From Octopus vulgaris (taxonomy: Eukaryota): a stretch of 64,000 bases of DNA. Shown here one piece after another: positions 12,400 to 26,239 of the stretch. Location: NCBI GenBank assembly GCA_951406725.2, contig OX597818.1:45446001-45510000 (forward strand). The letters run 5' to 3'. The position numbers and the translations under genes are program-made. The notes beneath the pieces were generated by a model. It saw only the letters and a program-made list of their open reading frames with translations. It ran no database searches and was not told where the DNA came from. Numbering within the stretch: the first letter of the stretch is position 1; every line of letters begins with the position of its first letter.

Positions 12400-13592
12400 A
12401 ACTGATGGTGACATGACAGATAGGCAAAAGGCAATTTACGACAGAATAAAGCAACGCTACAGGAGAACGATAACGACATTATTGACAACCTTAAAAGGGT
12501 TGATCGGTGGAAATTGAATCAAGAAACGAAAAATGTGAATGAAATTCTGAAATACATCAGAACAAACAACATCACAGAAACAAATAATTTGATCAAGGCA
12601 GCAAGTATTGTTGTAGCAGAAAATGTGGGTGCTGATGTCAAGGAAAAGAAATATATTGGGAGTGACAAAAGAAAAGATCCATTGTGGAAAAGAAGCATAC
12701 AGATGGGGTCAAATATGCTCTCGAAGGACATTTCTGTGTTAGCCCGAAAAGAGAAAGGGGAGCTTAAAAGTGAACAAAAATACAGGGTACTGAACAGTAA
12801 GTATGATATTGAAAGAAAGGGCCTGAAAGTGGTAATGAAGGAACTGAAACAGCGCCTCGTAGCAAAGAAAGCAAAGATGGTAAGATACGACCAAAGAATG
12901 AAGGGTTACCACCAGAATAGGTTATTCAGAGTAGATCAGAAGAGATTCAACAAAGAAATAAAATGGAGAGTGTAGAAATGAAAGTTGATACATGATAACA
13001 TTGAAAATCAAAGGTTTTGGAGTGACATCTGGAGCAAAGACAAGGAACACAAGAAGGATACTGAATGGTTGAAAGAACTAAAACAAACAGTAGTCTGTCC
13101 AAAACAGGCAGAACTAGTCATTTCAGTTAGGGAAGTGAAGGAAACCAGCAAAAACTAATATAAAATAAAATAAAATAAAATAAAATAAAGAATGAGCAAC
13201 TGGAAAGACCCGGGATCAGATGGAGTTCGAGGCTACTGGATCAAAAGTTTTGGTGAATGTCATGCACGAATAACTGCGAAACTGAACACCTTGTTAAATG
13301 CCGACCAAATAATACCAGAGTGGTTGACATTGGGTAGGACAGTGCTGTGCTTGAAAAACATCGAAAAAGGCCATACGGCAGGCAATTACAGGCCGATATC
13401 ATTTTTTTCCACTTATGTGGAAATTATTGACTGGAATAGTCGCAGAGTCAATATACGGATATCTGGAGAAAAATGGAGTCCTGCCACATGAGCAGAAGGG
13501 TTGCAAGCGTAAGTGCAGAGGTACCAAGGATCAACTCCTGGTAGACAAAACTGTACTTAGAGACTGCAAAAGAGGAAAACTAACTTATCCAT
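12400..13592 (+). pseudogene. R4/Dong-clade non-LTR retrotransposon fragment (pre-RT region and RT N-half)
   Basis: [84 protein letters not shown]; frameshifts and stops. Confidence 0.88.
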
Positions 13593-13593
13593 G

Positions 13594-14002
13594 TTAAAGA
13601 AAGACAAACAGAAAAAAAGAAAGACTGACAGAAAGAAAGAAAACAGACAGAAAGAAAGAAAGTATACTTCCAGAATAATCGAGGAACCCCACTGTCCAAG
13701 ATTTCCCTGAAACCCCAGGAGCAAGTACCCTTGTCAGTTCTGCACTTAGAGAGGTAACACCCTCACTTGCCATTTTCACAACTTTCATCCCACTTTCAAT
13801 AAACTCACTCGAGGACAGCACTTCGCTATCCACATTCAATTTCCTTTTCAAGGGAAACTTCAAAAAGTCAATGAGCGCTCTACCAAAGAGGAATGTATCT
13901 GTCTTCTTGCCTTTTAGCGTTGTCCACCAAGCAACCTCTTCCGCCACAGCCACTAGGCAAAGGAAAACTGCCTTGCCTACCCGATTGAAGGAGGACAGCG
14001 GT
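13594..14002 (-). pseudogene. Tx1/L1-like ORF2 C-terminus with pyrimidine-rich tail
   Basis: AVFLCLVAVAEEVAWWT..FLKFPLKRKLNVDSEVL..F pattern resembles Tx1-type C-termini; followed by a (TTTC/TGTC)n tail. Confidence 0.55.
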
Positions 14003-14014
14003 GCGATAATAATG

Positions 14015-14046
<32 letters not shown>

Positions 14047-14049
14047 CTA

Positions 14050-14630
14050 GGCTCCGCCTGCAAGGTCATGTGCTGTTTATATTGATATGAGATCACCATG
14101 TCACGCACATAAAGCTGCGATGCATGTGCCTAGTGTACCCTTATCAGACGGGTAGTCATGATGGCTATACTGGGCTTCGTATATTTTACCCTAGTGTCAC
14201 TTTGATGGCATGCACTGCTCTCTCACTCAATAATGATAATAATAATAATGTGCATCTCTGATCACGAGCAGAAGTAGTGGGGGAACATTATAGCCATGTG
14301 TTGAGAGGAATTCTTTGGGGTTTGAATAATTCACCTCTTGAAACATGGGTGTTTCTTTCAACGTCCTAAAACAACCCTTATTCAGGGATCTTTTCAACGG
14401 GGTGGGCTACTCGACCTAAAGAAAATTCTAACTGGGCCCTACCTGCAAGGTCACGCGCTGTTTAACTTGATATAGGGTCACTATGTCGCGCACATATGGT
14501 TGTGATGCACGTGCCTGGTGTACCCATATCAGACGAATAGTCATGAGGGTATACTGAGCTTCGTATATTTATACCCCAGTGTCACTTTGATGACATGCAC
14601 TGCTCTCTCACTCAATAATGATAATAATAA
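14050..14630 (+). mobile_element. Family D: (TAA)n-tailed retroelement 3' fragments, two in tandem
   Basis: Both end GTCACTTTGATG(G/A)CATGCACTGCTCTCTCACTCAATAATGATAATAAT; same family inverted at 38700-39262. Confidence 0.8.
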
Positions 14631-15179
14631 ATGCTTACAGTAAGATTTGGCTAGCTTGTCACTCTTCATAAGATTCTTTGATATCTAAACATCCAAATTT
14701 CTCTCAACACACAATTCACATATCACAGGTAATGCAAATGTAACTTAAGTGAATGAGATAGGAAACAGATAACAGGTGATATCTGTAATGATATCATAAA
14801 GAATAACAGTGTATTGTTAGATATCAAAATAGTTAGAATAGCGATTATAACAGCATCACCGTCGCTTGAGGCAGCTTAGTAACGAAGAGTTGTCCAGATA
14901 CATTATAGTAACTATCACGTTTCTGTCAAAGCTCGCTCGCCTTTCATCCTTCCGTACAAATACTGACAACAGCTACGCGGACGAAACTAATCAAATTTGA
15001 TCAATGATATCACGATGAATGAGATGTTATTGATTCCTTTTCTCCGGTGATCAAGATTATTAAATTCTCCCACGCACTGTCATGATGTTACTGTACGGTT
15101 ACGTCAATGCGGTGCTATCATAGATATGACACTTTAATATTAGTGAGGCTAGAATACACGAGAAATCAGAAGAAAAAAG

Positions 15180-15510
15180 CATAACACACATACGCATGCG
15201 CACAATGTGTGTTTGCATATGTACATGTATTTCTATTCGTTCGTATATGTATATACGTATGTGAGTGTGTCTGTATGTGCGTATGTGTATAGCTGCATGC
15301 GTTTATGTGCATATTTATAGCCGTGCAAGTATGTATGCGTGTATGAGTGTAAATATGTATGAATGTATGCATGTGTATATACATAAACACATACGTATAT
15401 ATATATATATATATATATATATGCCAGCATGGATGTGTGTGTGCGTGTCTGTAAGTATGTATGCGTGTATGAGTGTAAATATGTATGAATGTATGCATGT
15501 GTACATACAT

Positions 15511-15544
<34 letters not shown>

Positions 15545-15567
15545 GCCAGCATGGATGTGCGTGTGCA

Positions 15568-15609
<42 letters not shown>

Positions 15610-16105
15610 CGTGTGTGCGTACATCTATGTGTATGTGTACGTAGGGAATGATACGAGTAAATATATGCACAGGCTTTGTGTTATTGTTATACTGTATATT
15701 CGATTGAGAGATAAAGAAAAATCTATTCATCTCTACTTTTTTTTCCCGCTTGGTAGAAAGGTACGTAAATTCGCACTTACTGATTGTTGCAATCAGACGT
15801 ATACCAACCCCCCCCCCACACACACACACACACACCTCATGCCCGTTGATTAGCTGTTACAAAATAAATTGCAGTAATTATAACGATATTAATGTGTACT
15901 CTTGCAGCCGTAGTGAACATTGCAGTACAGTATTAGAACCTTTAAGCATGTATGCAATCGCATGCATGTGTATGCGTATCTATATGTGTATGCGTACTTG
16001 TATGTTTGTGTTTGCTTCTGTGTGCCAGTGTGTGCCTGTGTGCTTGTGTCTACAACACTGTGTGTATGTGTGTGTGTTGCATGTTTGCGCGTGTGCTTCT
16101 GTGCC

Positions 16106-16141
<36 letters not shown>

Positions 16142-16370
16142 GATTGGTGTTGGTTTCCGATTGCATTTTTCTTGGCACAAGCAGCCGACATGTGTCCTCT
16201 TCTCGCTGCAGTGTACTTATTGGCAAATGGAGTTAAATTGCAATAGTCGTGTTCTCCTTCTCTGACCGTATCTCTCACTCTCACTCGTCTCTTCCTTCCT
16301 CTCTCTCTCTCTCTCTCTCTCTCTCGCTCTCTTCCTCTCCCCCTTTCTCTCTCTTCCTTCTTCTCTCTAC
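15180..16370. repeat. Microsatellite field with a ~120-bp direct duplication
   Basis: (TG)n/(TATG)n/(CT)n; ~15328-15445 is repeated at ~15453-15570. Confidence 0.9.
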
Positions 16371-17681
16371 CACTCTTTAAAGTCTTTTTAAAATCAAGAA
16401 ACACTAGTCGATGGCCTAACATATTTACATGGTTCCTATACCTGCTAGAAATAACTGCCTAATCTCCCTCAAATCTCAATCCAGTATCATAAAAATGAAA
16501 GGACACATTAGATAACGTTATGTTAGACAGTCCCACTACAATTCCTGAGGTGGGCGCAGCATGGTCGAATGGTTAAGAAGTTCGCTTCGCAAATACGAGG
16601 TTCCAGTTTCGATCCCGCTGTGAGGCACCTTGGGTAAGTTTTTATCATTGCTTTGGGCCAACACATGTTCTGCGAGTTAAAGTAGGTTGATGAAAACTAC
16701 AAGGAAGCCTGATAGATGGAGTGGGACTATAATTCAAAGAACCAGCCTTGTTAGATACCGCATTATACTGGTTCTGCTTAAGAATTACGTTAAGTGCACA
16801 TACGTGTTTGGGAAAATTCCCAGCCCATTCCATTCTAATTCAATGAGCAGGTAATTTAGTTGATCAATCAACTAAATGCCCATCGTCGAAACCGACGGAG
16901 ATCCATATATTTTGATAACCCTAAAGTTATAAGATGGCCAAGGCTTGCATTTTGGAACGGGCTTTTAGGATATACTCCCATACAAAATATTAAACAAAAG
17001 AGTTTGGTAAATATAGGAACAGATTATAGGGCGGCAGATGGGCAGAAACGTGAGCACGCTGGGCAAAATGCTTAGCGGCATTTCGTCCGTCTTCACGTTC
17101 TGAGTTCAAATTCTGCCGAGGTTGACTTTACCTATCATACCATCAGGGTCGATGAAATAAGTATCAGTTGAGTACCAGTGTCGATGTAATCGACTTAATC
17201 CCTCCCGAAATTGCTGGCCTTGTACCAAAATTTTAATCCACTATAGGAGCAGATTCTGAGGTGCAATGTTTAAAATTATATTGGAAGGAGCATATTTATG
17301 ACCTATAACCTAGTTTGTTTAAAACAGCTGGAAGTATATCTGCATTTGGTATGTATGAATGTGAGGTGCGCAAGCCTATGGGAGTAGAAGGCGGTAGCGT
17401 TGGAGGTAGATTGGTTCAGAGTGTATAACAAGGAGTTGAATACATAGCGGGTAGTGAAGGTGGAGGCTTTCTCCTTGGGGATACGGTTTACAAGCCTATT
17501 ATTGTTCATAAGGCGAGAAAAAAATGACTCCGCAAAGTTGGTAGAGTGGAGTATAATCTACCCAATTAAAAATTTGACCAGTATAATTTACAAAGGCAAA
17601 ATAGAATTGGGAAATAACTGAAATAGGATAATGGCGTGGATTTAGATAAATTTTTAAGGGGTAGTGTAAATAAAAAAATAA

Positions 17682-17930
17682 ATGCGCCCTTTTAAAGCCT
17701 AGCCAGGTTCATGGTCCCGGTATCCCGGTTTCAACGGCGTATTTTTCCCCAAGCTGGACGGAACGCCAGTCCATCGCAACGTTACTCACTTTTGCCAGCT
17801 GAGTGAACTGGAGCAACGTGAAATGAAGTGTTTTGCTCAAGAACACAACGCGTCGCCCGGTCCAGGAATCGAAACCACAATCTTACGATCATGATGTTGA
17901 CACCCTAACCACTAAGCCACGCGCCTCCAC
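17682..17930 (-). mobile_element. CORE-like SINE with tail type ii
   Basis: Head GTGGAGGCGCGTGGCTTAGTGGTTAGG..GGTTTCGATTCC, CORE-like GTTCTTGAGCAAAACACTT..CCAGTTCACTCAGCTG, tail GCGATGGACTGGCGTTCCGTCCAG. Confidence 0.8.
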
Positions 17931-18020
17931 AAAGGGGTAGTGTATTGAATGCTAAATACAGAAGATTTTAAATTATTTAAAATTTCCCTCTTAGTAAGAG
18001 AATGAAAAACAAAAATCTAG

Positions 18021-18435
18021 AGGCGCAGGAGTGGCTGTGTGGTAAGTAGCTTGCTAACCAACCACATGGTTCCGGGTTCAGTCCCACTGCGTGGTACCTT
18101 GGGCAAGTGTCTTCTGCTATAGCCTCGGGCCGACCAAAGCCTTGTGAGTGGATTTGGTAGACGGAAACTGAAAGAAGCCTGTCATATATATGTATATATA
18201 TATATGTATGTGTGTTTGTTTGTGTGTCTGAGTTTGTCCCCCTAGCATTGCTTGACAACCGATGCTGGTGTGTTTACGTCCCCGTCACTTAGCGGTTCGG
18301 CAAAAAGAGACCGATAGAATAAGTACTGGGCTTACAAAAAAAAAAGAATAAGTCCCGGGGTCGATTGGCTCGACTAAAGGCGGTGCTCCAGCATGGCCGC
18401 AGTCAAATGACTGAAACAAGTAAAAGAGTAAAAGA
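18021..18435 (+). mobile_element. SINE A, full length
   Basis: Complete head-CORE-microsatellite-tail structure. Confidence 0.93.
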
Positions 18436-21268
18436 GAGAGAGGTGGTTGTTAAAAGCTCTCAAAGAAATGGGGAGATAATCTTAAGAAATTAAGTATAAT
18501 TCTCTGAGTTTACGCGTTTGGGTTAAATTATTGTCAATTGATGTGACAAGTTTGCGTATACTTTACTATAGAGATGACGCCTAATACACCGAAACATACC
18601 CATAAATGTCACTTTACTACAAAGACCACTTACTCATAGGGTATTCAGTACATCACCTCTGGTTACTTTTAATATTCATGAGTTTACCTAAACAATACAT
18701 TAATTGATTAGTGATTAAAACATTAAATCGTAGAAATATTCCCTTCTACGCTCTTTGGTCATATAATTGAAATATTTGCTTTATTCTACAAAATTTCAAC
18801 AGCCACATCAACCCCGGGCTTTGTGTAAAATTCTTTGTGTGAATGTTTCTGCTTCTCTGACATTCTATTCATTAGCTGCTGCTGCTGCTGCTACCACTGC
18901 TGCTGCTGCTGCTGCCATTGCCTCCACTGCTGCTAAATCTACGGCTACTGCCACCGACATTGTTACTGTTTAATCATCTCCTACCACGGTCACATCCACC
19001 GATGCTATTGCAATATATCTTTTCTAAAGGCAGTTACTATTTTATTTCTTAGTACTTTCAAAATAATGTATGTTGTAGTCTGTGTTATGAAACAGCAGGT
19101 TTAAAACACTTAGTTCATATATTGATGGTTTTCTTGTAGTGTTCATAATGAATGACGTCAAACACGTTAATGGCAATCGGAGTTTTGCAGTAAAACTATA
19201 CAGTTCAGCTTCCGTTGTCGTAGATAAACCATTTTGTAGGAATTTTCTCGTGTACTTCTCTCAATTGCTTCGCTCTCGTTAATGCAAGTTCATACATTTG
19301 ACTTGATCGTAAAAGCTTTTAACAGATCACACTGTCAAAAGATTACACTAACAAAAGACCAGACTATACCGTCAAAAGATCACGATGATGTCAAAAGACA
19401 AGAACATGTTATCAAAAGGCTATGCTGTTACAAGTCCATACTGTCAAAAAACTAAATTGCCAAAAAGAAACAAAAGAAACAGACCGTACCATCAAAACAA
19501 AACATGCTGTCAAAGGTTATGTTGAAAACACTACATGAACATACACACCTAACAAAAGATCCTCTATGTAGTCGTTCGGCCTGTTTAAAATATCAGCTAA
19601 ATCTCCCTCAGATCACAACCTAGTGTCTAAAAACATTGTATAATGTGGTTGGTACTGGACACATTGTAACCTTTGTGTCTGAAAGACTAGACCATGTTAT
19701 TCTTTCAGACACAAAGGTTACAGGTGGAAGATCTTGACGGCCATCAATAAAAAGATTTCGGGTGGAATTACTTTGATCATAGCTCCTGGATCAAGACTGA
19801 TTTAAAGCAAAACAACAACCCACCAGACTCAAATTGTCAATGGTAATTATTTCCTCCCCCATAAATGCTTTCAAACTCTATATCTTTGTTGGTAGAGTTT
19901 AGTGGTAGTGTTTACTGGTAAGCACCAAACAAAACTTTTGTTCATGGTTCAGATCCGTGCACCTCTACTTTCAAAGAGAAATTCTTTTATCTGACCCTAT
20001 AATATCGACAAACTAGAATTCTTCTTGGTTTCTGGATAGTATCAGCATTACTTGAGTAACTCCTCTATCTGAGATACGAGATTGTCTGCTTCGTTGCTTC
20101 TTTAACTGTGATGTCATTGATGAAATCTCATACAATTAGTTGTGCAAATTTTCATTTTATTTTTTGCTCATATTTTCATAATTTCTTTCACTTCTCTGGA
20201 CCATTTCTGTACATGAAACGTTAGTGGTTGTGGTTAAAATGGGTTTCTTAATTGCACTTCAAATCCTTTGTGCATGCGTAAAAACCATCTGAGAATAGAG
20301 GGAGATCAGTTTTCTGAACTACAAAACATTGTCATTCATGCTTTCAAACATCTTAGAGTATCCACACTTTTACAGAAAGACACCATGTACCTTGAAACGT
20401 GCCAAAAAGTTTATTCAGTTATCAAGATAACGAATTAAGTGGCTAAAAATATACATAACACAACTCATAAATCATATAACGAAATAAGAGAAGACATTTA
20501 AATATCTCTTAATTTAAACAAGACTAGTTCATGAAACGGCAGTATTCCGTTCCACTTAAGCTATGACGAAATTTAACCGGATACAACATATTAGCTGCGG
20601 TTCGCTTGTTTTTTTTTAACTCGATAATGAAGTAAGTTTTATAGATGATCACCTTACTGCATATACTAAGGAGGAACATGGGATGAAACTGGTAAGTTGA
20701 TAAATGTAATTTCCTCTTGAGGCAGTCACTGATCCTATGCATAGCATCAGTTGTTTTTGCTCATGGAAACCTGTACAGTAGACTTCATTGACTTCCCGTG
20801 AGATACGTGTTCCTCTAGTCAGTCATTTCCAGTCTGTTTTTAAGTGCTTTTTACAAGATATTTCTAGTGATTCTGACTAGGCTGCTACGCAAAACAAAAG
20901 TTTAAACTCACGCCCAGGATATGGTAGGATGCTATCATATTCACAGCTCTTTCAACCGAATGACCAAAACTTCGCCAACACAACAATTACATTTTCTTAA
21001 TCGTGTTAAAAATTACCAATTAATTTTACATAGGTGCTAACAGAAGATATACATATATAGTAAAACTGCTGAGGAATTTGTATAGATTAGGAGTGCTTTC
21101 CAATCTAATCAAACATTATTGAAAATAATATAGCAGACCGCTATTGTTGATGTCATACAAGTAGAAACTTAAATGATTATCTGTAAAAATTATTTCATTA
21201 TCAACTTTAAAAAAAAACATAGAAGTCATCCAGTTAAATAAAACCATAACTTAATTGGAGCAGAAAAC

Positions 21269-21679
21269 GGATCTTTTCGGTGTCATATGAAATTGTCACC
21301 CATAATTATGACCCTAGTATCGATCTATTGCATTTCAATCTGTTTTAGGATTAGGGTTAGTTAGGGTTAGTTAGGGTTAGGGGTGGGGGAAAGGGTATCT
21401 TTTTTACTTCACAAATTGTAAATAAACCCAATCTGTTTCTTAAACGAGGGACACATTCATACGGCACAGAATGTTTTCAGCTCAATAGATGTATTTGATT
21501 GGTTGAAATTACAGAAATTGAAGAAAAAAACAACAAATAACTTACAAACTATAGAATTTTCTCAATAAAGCCAAGAGAAAAATATGTTTTATAAACACAT
21601 TCTACCAGTATACGAAGTTTAAAATTTTTTAGTTACCTAGAAATTATGTTAAAAACTGCCGTTTAAACTGAAAAGATCC
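21269..21679. mobile_element. MITE with GGATCTTTTC TIRs, 8-bp TSD and internal TTAGGG repeats
   Basis: TSD CAGAAAAC/CAGAATAC; homologous to 47817-48226; left TIR shortened by deletion. Confidence 0.88.
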
Positions 21680-22235
21680 CAGAATACTATTGATTATTGA
21701 ATTATTCTTGCTTAAACTGAAAAATATCAAACGTGTTCTTAGACCCTTATTTCTTTATATTCCTTTTGGTTCGTAGCATACACTACATGAACATATACAC
21801 CTAACAAAATATCCTCTATGTAGTCACTTGACCTTTTTAAAATAACAGCTAAATCTCCCTCAGATCACAACCTAGTGTCTAAAAGCATTATATAATGTTG
21901 TTGGTACTGGACACATTGTAACCGCTAAGTTTGAATGACTGGACTACGTTACTCTTTCAGACACAAAGGTTACCATTTTTCTGTTGGAGGTGGAGTTGAT
22001 GACTAAATCAAACTTTAACACGTTTCGGAATATACCATGCCTTTCGGTAAAAGTGTCAATGTTGCAATATATTTGGAAACATTTTATCAGTAAACATAAA
22101 GGAAAGTCTGGCAAACAGGACGGAATCTTTAGGAAAGTATGAGATTGATAGCGATGACCAAAAGGCATTAAAGGGCCAGATTAGATGACAAATGTTCATA
22201 TTAATTCTTTTCGTCTAGAGAAAGCAGAAATAATC

Positions 22236-22816
22236 CTTTCTACTATAGGCACAAGGCCTGAAATTTGTGGCAGGAGTCTAGTCGATTACATCGACTCAAG
22301 TGTTTCAGTAGTACTTAATTTATCGACCCCGAAAGGATGAAAGGCAAAGTCGACCTCGACGGAATTTGAACTCGGAACGTAGTGACGGGCGAAATACCTA
22401 TTTCTTTACTACCCACAAGGTACTAAACACAGAGAGGACAAACAAGGACAGACAAACAGATTAAGTCGATTACATCGACCCCAGTGCGTAACTGGTACTT
22501 AATTTATCGATCCCGAAAGGATAAAAGGCAAAGTCGACCTCGGCGGAATTTGAACTCGGAACGTAGTGACGGGCGAAATACCTATTTCTTTACTACCCAC
22601 AAGGGGATAAACACAGAGAGGACAAACAAGGACAGACAAACGGATTAAGTCGATTATATTGACCCCAGTGCGTAACTGCTACTTATTTAATCGACCCCGA
22701 AAGGATGAAAGGCAAAGTCGACCTCGGCGGAATTTGAACTCAGAACGTAACGGCAAACGAAATACCGCTAAGCATTTCGTCCAGCGTGCTAACCATACTG
22801 CCAGCTCGCCGCCTTA
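22236..22816 (-). mobile_element. SINE B head-to-tail array (one head, three bodies)
   Basis: Units joined at GAAATACC|TATTTC; the terminal unit carries a different tail. Confidence 0.9.
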
Positions 22817-23561
22817 AAGAGAGAGGAGTAATAACATTGAATAAAATGAATCTAAGATACCCTTTTCCCCAACGAAACTGGCTTATTCCTGGTCAAAGTA
22901 AGCCCTTAATTTAAAGAATATTCTCACATAGCCTCGTTTCTACGGGTAATGAAATAGTGAAAATAGAAAACACCCTTTGAAACTGTGGCATTGCAGTTGC
23001 AATAGCAGCCAATGACAATACACTAAAACATTCTCTCACTTTGTAACAAAACATTCTCTCATAATATAAATGTCTTATTTGTCTAAACGTGTGTAGTTAC
23101 ATGCTTATTTTACAGCGAATCAATAAATCTGAAATGCTAACAATACGGATTTTTTGGTTGCTTATTATCGACTATGATACTGTTTTGTTTTCTTTTTTTC
23201 TTTTTTTTCTCTTTCAGTTATTGTTTCTCTCAATATATTTGATTTTGTCAATGCGGCTGCTGCAGTTGAAAATTGAGGTTTTATATTCAGAGAGCGAGAT
23301 TTGTATATTGTTGCGCTGTGCACTGTATAGTTGTAGTGCATAATGACTGGAATGATTCTAGAATTACAATTGTTCAAATATCAAATAGGTATTTATGTCT
23401 CAATACATCGACATTATTCAATATTTCCATATAATCTTCGTAAGAATTTCGTCCTTTGGAGGCCAGATTATTGCCAGATTCAGTGTTTCGATTATGTGGT
23501 TGTTACTGAAGCTATTGACAAACCATATTTTGACCAAAAGCGTCGGCGTCATATACAAATG

Positions 23562-23727
23562 AGGTGCAGGAGTGGTTGTGTAGTAAGTAGCTTGCTTACG
23601 AACCACGTGGTTCCGAGTTCAGTCCCACTTCATGGCACCTTGGGCAAGTGTCTTCTACTATAGCCTCGGGTCGACCAAAGCCTTGTGAGTGGATTTGGTA
23701 GACGGAAACTGGAAGAAGCCCGTCGTA

Positions 23728-23796
<69 letters not shown>

Positions 23797-23990
23797 TTGT
23801 CCCCCTAGCATTGCTTGACAACCGATGCTTGTGTGTTTACGTCACCGTAACTAAGCGGTTCGGCAAAAGACACCGATAGAATAAGTACTAGGCTTACAAA
23901 GAATAAATCCTGGGGTCGATTGGCTCGACTAAAGGCGGTGCTCCAGCATGGCCACAGTCATCTGACTGAAACAAGTAAAAGAGTAAAAGA
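23562..23990 (+). mobile_element. SINE A, full length
   Basis: Colinear with the other A copies. Confidence 0.92.
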
Positions 23991-25388
23991 ATAAATAACT
24001 ACGTTTATTTTTTTTTTGTTTATAACAGGTGAGATAAGGGGGATTTAGTTGTTATTTCTAGGAAATCGAGTGCCTTGTAGATGCTTCCCAGTTTTTTTTT
24101 TTGTAGCTATTGCTAAAGCTCCTGTTCACGCAAGTAGTTTTCATTTTTATTTTTATAAAACCTACTTGCAAGAACAAGTAATTCTTATTGAGGTTGGACA
24201 GACTTGAGCTATTACAGTGCTTCTTGGTATAATACATTATAATGTCGAAGTATAGAAATGTGTTGGGAATTGTATACTAGAGTATATTGTTGTAGTGTAG
24301 GAGAATAGTATATTACTAAGCGTTATTGTGGTATTTTCATGCTCCAGGTATAGATTAGTTTTATGTCCTGAGGCTACAACTTACATCGTTATTCTATTAT
24401 TTCCATATCAGCTATTTGATTTGTTCTTTTCGCAACAGTTTAGTCTTACTACTTATGTTCCTTGCGCTAATATTATTGTTGTTGTTGTCGCTGCTGCTGT
24501 TCTTCTTCTTCTTGTTTAGCTCCAGGTCCGGCCTGATGGAGCAGATATAATTGAAAGTCATTCCAGCCGTGATCATCTCATTTCGTGCGAAGAGGAAGTA
24601 TGTGGAACTGCATTAGCTAATATATCTTTTATTTATGACCATAGGGCGTGATTTGAGTGATCCGACGTATGAGGTCCTTCGTCACTACTATAGTTACTGC
24701 TCATATTGTTACTGCTATTGTTTCTGATATAGTGGTTGCATCATCCGGTAACGATGGTGACAGTAATAATGAGAACGAGGCTATTTCTCCTCCGTCAAAG
24801 AATTTATTCTCTGATCTGAACTTTCTTTATTCCTAAGTTTTTCTCTACAACCGAAAATAGTTTTTTTTTGTTTTTTTTGTTTTTTGTTTCAGAGGAAAAT
24901 AAAATTGATGATAGCGAAAGAGAATACCCAGGGACGTATTCTGCATGAAAACATAATTGAAAATGAGCTCTAGCAAAATAATGGTATTAATGTTTTTTCA
25001 TATATTGAATATTTCTGAAAATAATCAACCGCAGAGAAAATTTTAAGATCTTAACCGACAATCCAACGATTAAAGTGAAGGACACATTGGATAATAGGAT
25101 ATTATCCATATTTCAAATTCCGATTAAATATATTTATCGCTAAGGCAAAGCACGGTCATCATAAAATCCCACGTGAAAGTATGAACATTATAATATCCCA
25201 TTCAACGTCGTAATGATCCATTTCCTGTCTAAGCCATAGACGCAATAATATTCCATTTCCGCGTATTAGCTTTCCACTAAAATGTTGAAACTTTTAACTG
25301 AGTGGATGAGAAACTAATATTACGTGCTAAGTTCGAGAAATTTGGGCTTCCCGCATGTCAAGCCATTTAATAATTTCAATTCAGTGTT

Positions 25389-25642
25389 TTAACCATTTCA
25401 CATAATTTGCTTCAAAGTCTATCAATTACCATATTTCTGCTGAAATACACGGCTTTTGCTTCAATTAGATTTGAAAATAATACAGAATTTAATAAAATAA
25501 TTTTGTTATTTTCTAGCTGTCGTTCGGAATATAAATTTATAAGAAATGTTTATGGAAGATTTTTTGAGATCATTTCAAACATGGAGTTAGTATCATAGAA
25601 CCAAGGATGATCTCAGATGGGCTGGTATCAAAAAGATTATTT
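25389..25642. mobile_element. Degenerate piggyBac-like MITE
   Basis: Ends TTAACCATTTC.. and ..GGTATCAAAAAGATTA resemble decayed TTAA|CCCT..AGGG|TTAA termini. Confidence 0.35.
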
Positions 25643-25939
25643 AGCTCAACGTTCGTCTTATCCTATAAATTTGAAGACATGTAGTTTATTTAAGAAATTA
25701 ACATTACATTCTATCTATTTCGCTCTCGCATTCAACAAATGCATACTAAATCTCTACAGCCCTCTCGATCTCTTAGAATATTTGGTGCATCTTAATCAGT
25801 AACTTGCAACAAAGTGCAACATGGGTGTCGGATGATAACAGACAGCTTGCAACAAAATCACAATATATTCAGTAGAGTTTAATATGGAAACACACATTGA
25901 ACAAAGAAGTTCTAGATATGGTCGCAGCTAGAATGCCTA

Positions 25940-26147
25940 TACTCTTTTACTCGTTTCAGTCATTTGACTGCGACCGTGCTGGAGCACCACCTTTAGTCGA
26001 AGAAATCGACCCCAGGACTTAATCTTTGTAAGCCTAGTACTTATTCTATCGGTCGTTTTTGCCGAACCGTTAAGTGACGGGGACGTAAACATACCAGCAT
26101 CGGTTGTCAAGCGATGTTGAGGAATAAACACAGACACACAAACATAT

Positions 26148-26179
<32 letters not shown>

Positions 26180-26199
26180 GTGTGTATATGTGTGTGTGT

Positions 26200-26239
<40 letters not shown>

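Larger units (their letters stand above)
17300..18560 (-). pseudogene. Possible second degraded Penelope-like fragment split by two SINEs
   Basis: Minus frames give FNPN..IILNFLRL and RLYSTLPTLRSH..NNNRL, resembling PLE WFNPP/SYS.LPN linker motifs. Confidence 0.35.

Noticed and set aside
15166-16422. Long His/Thr/Tyr/Ile- or Cys/Val-rich ORFs (also near 39714, 41666, 44597, 50276)
   Set aside because: They are translations of stop-free microsatellites, not genes.
20030-20310. Possible additional mariner HTH relics (also 61890-62340)
   Set aside because: Only isolated RWF/WCRNF-like words; too degraded to support.
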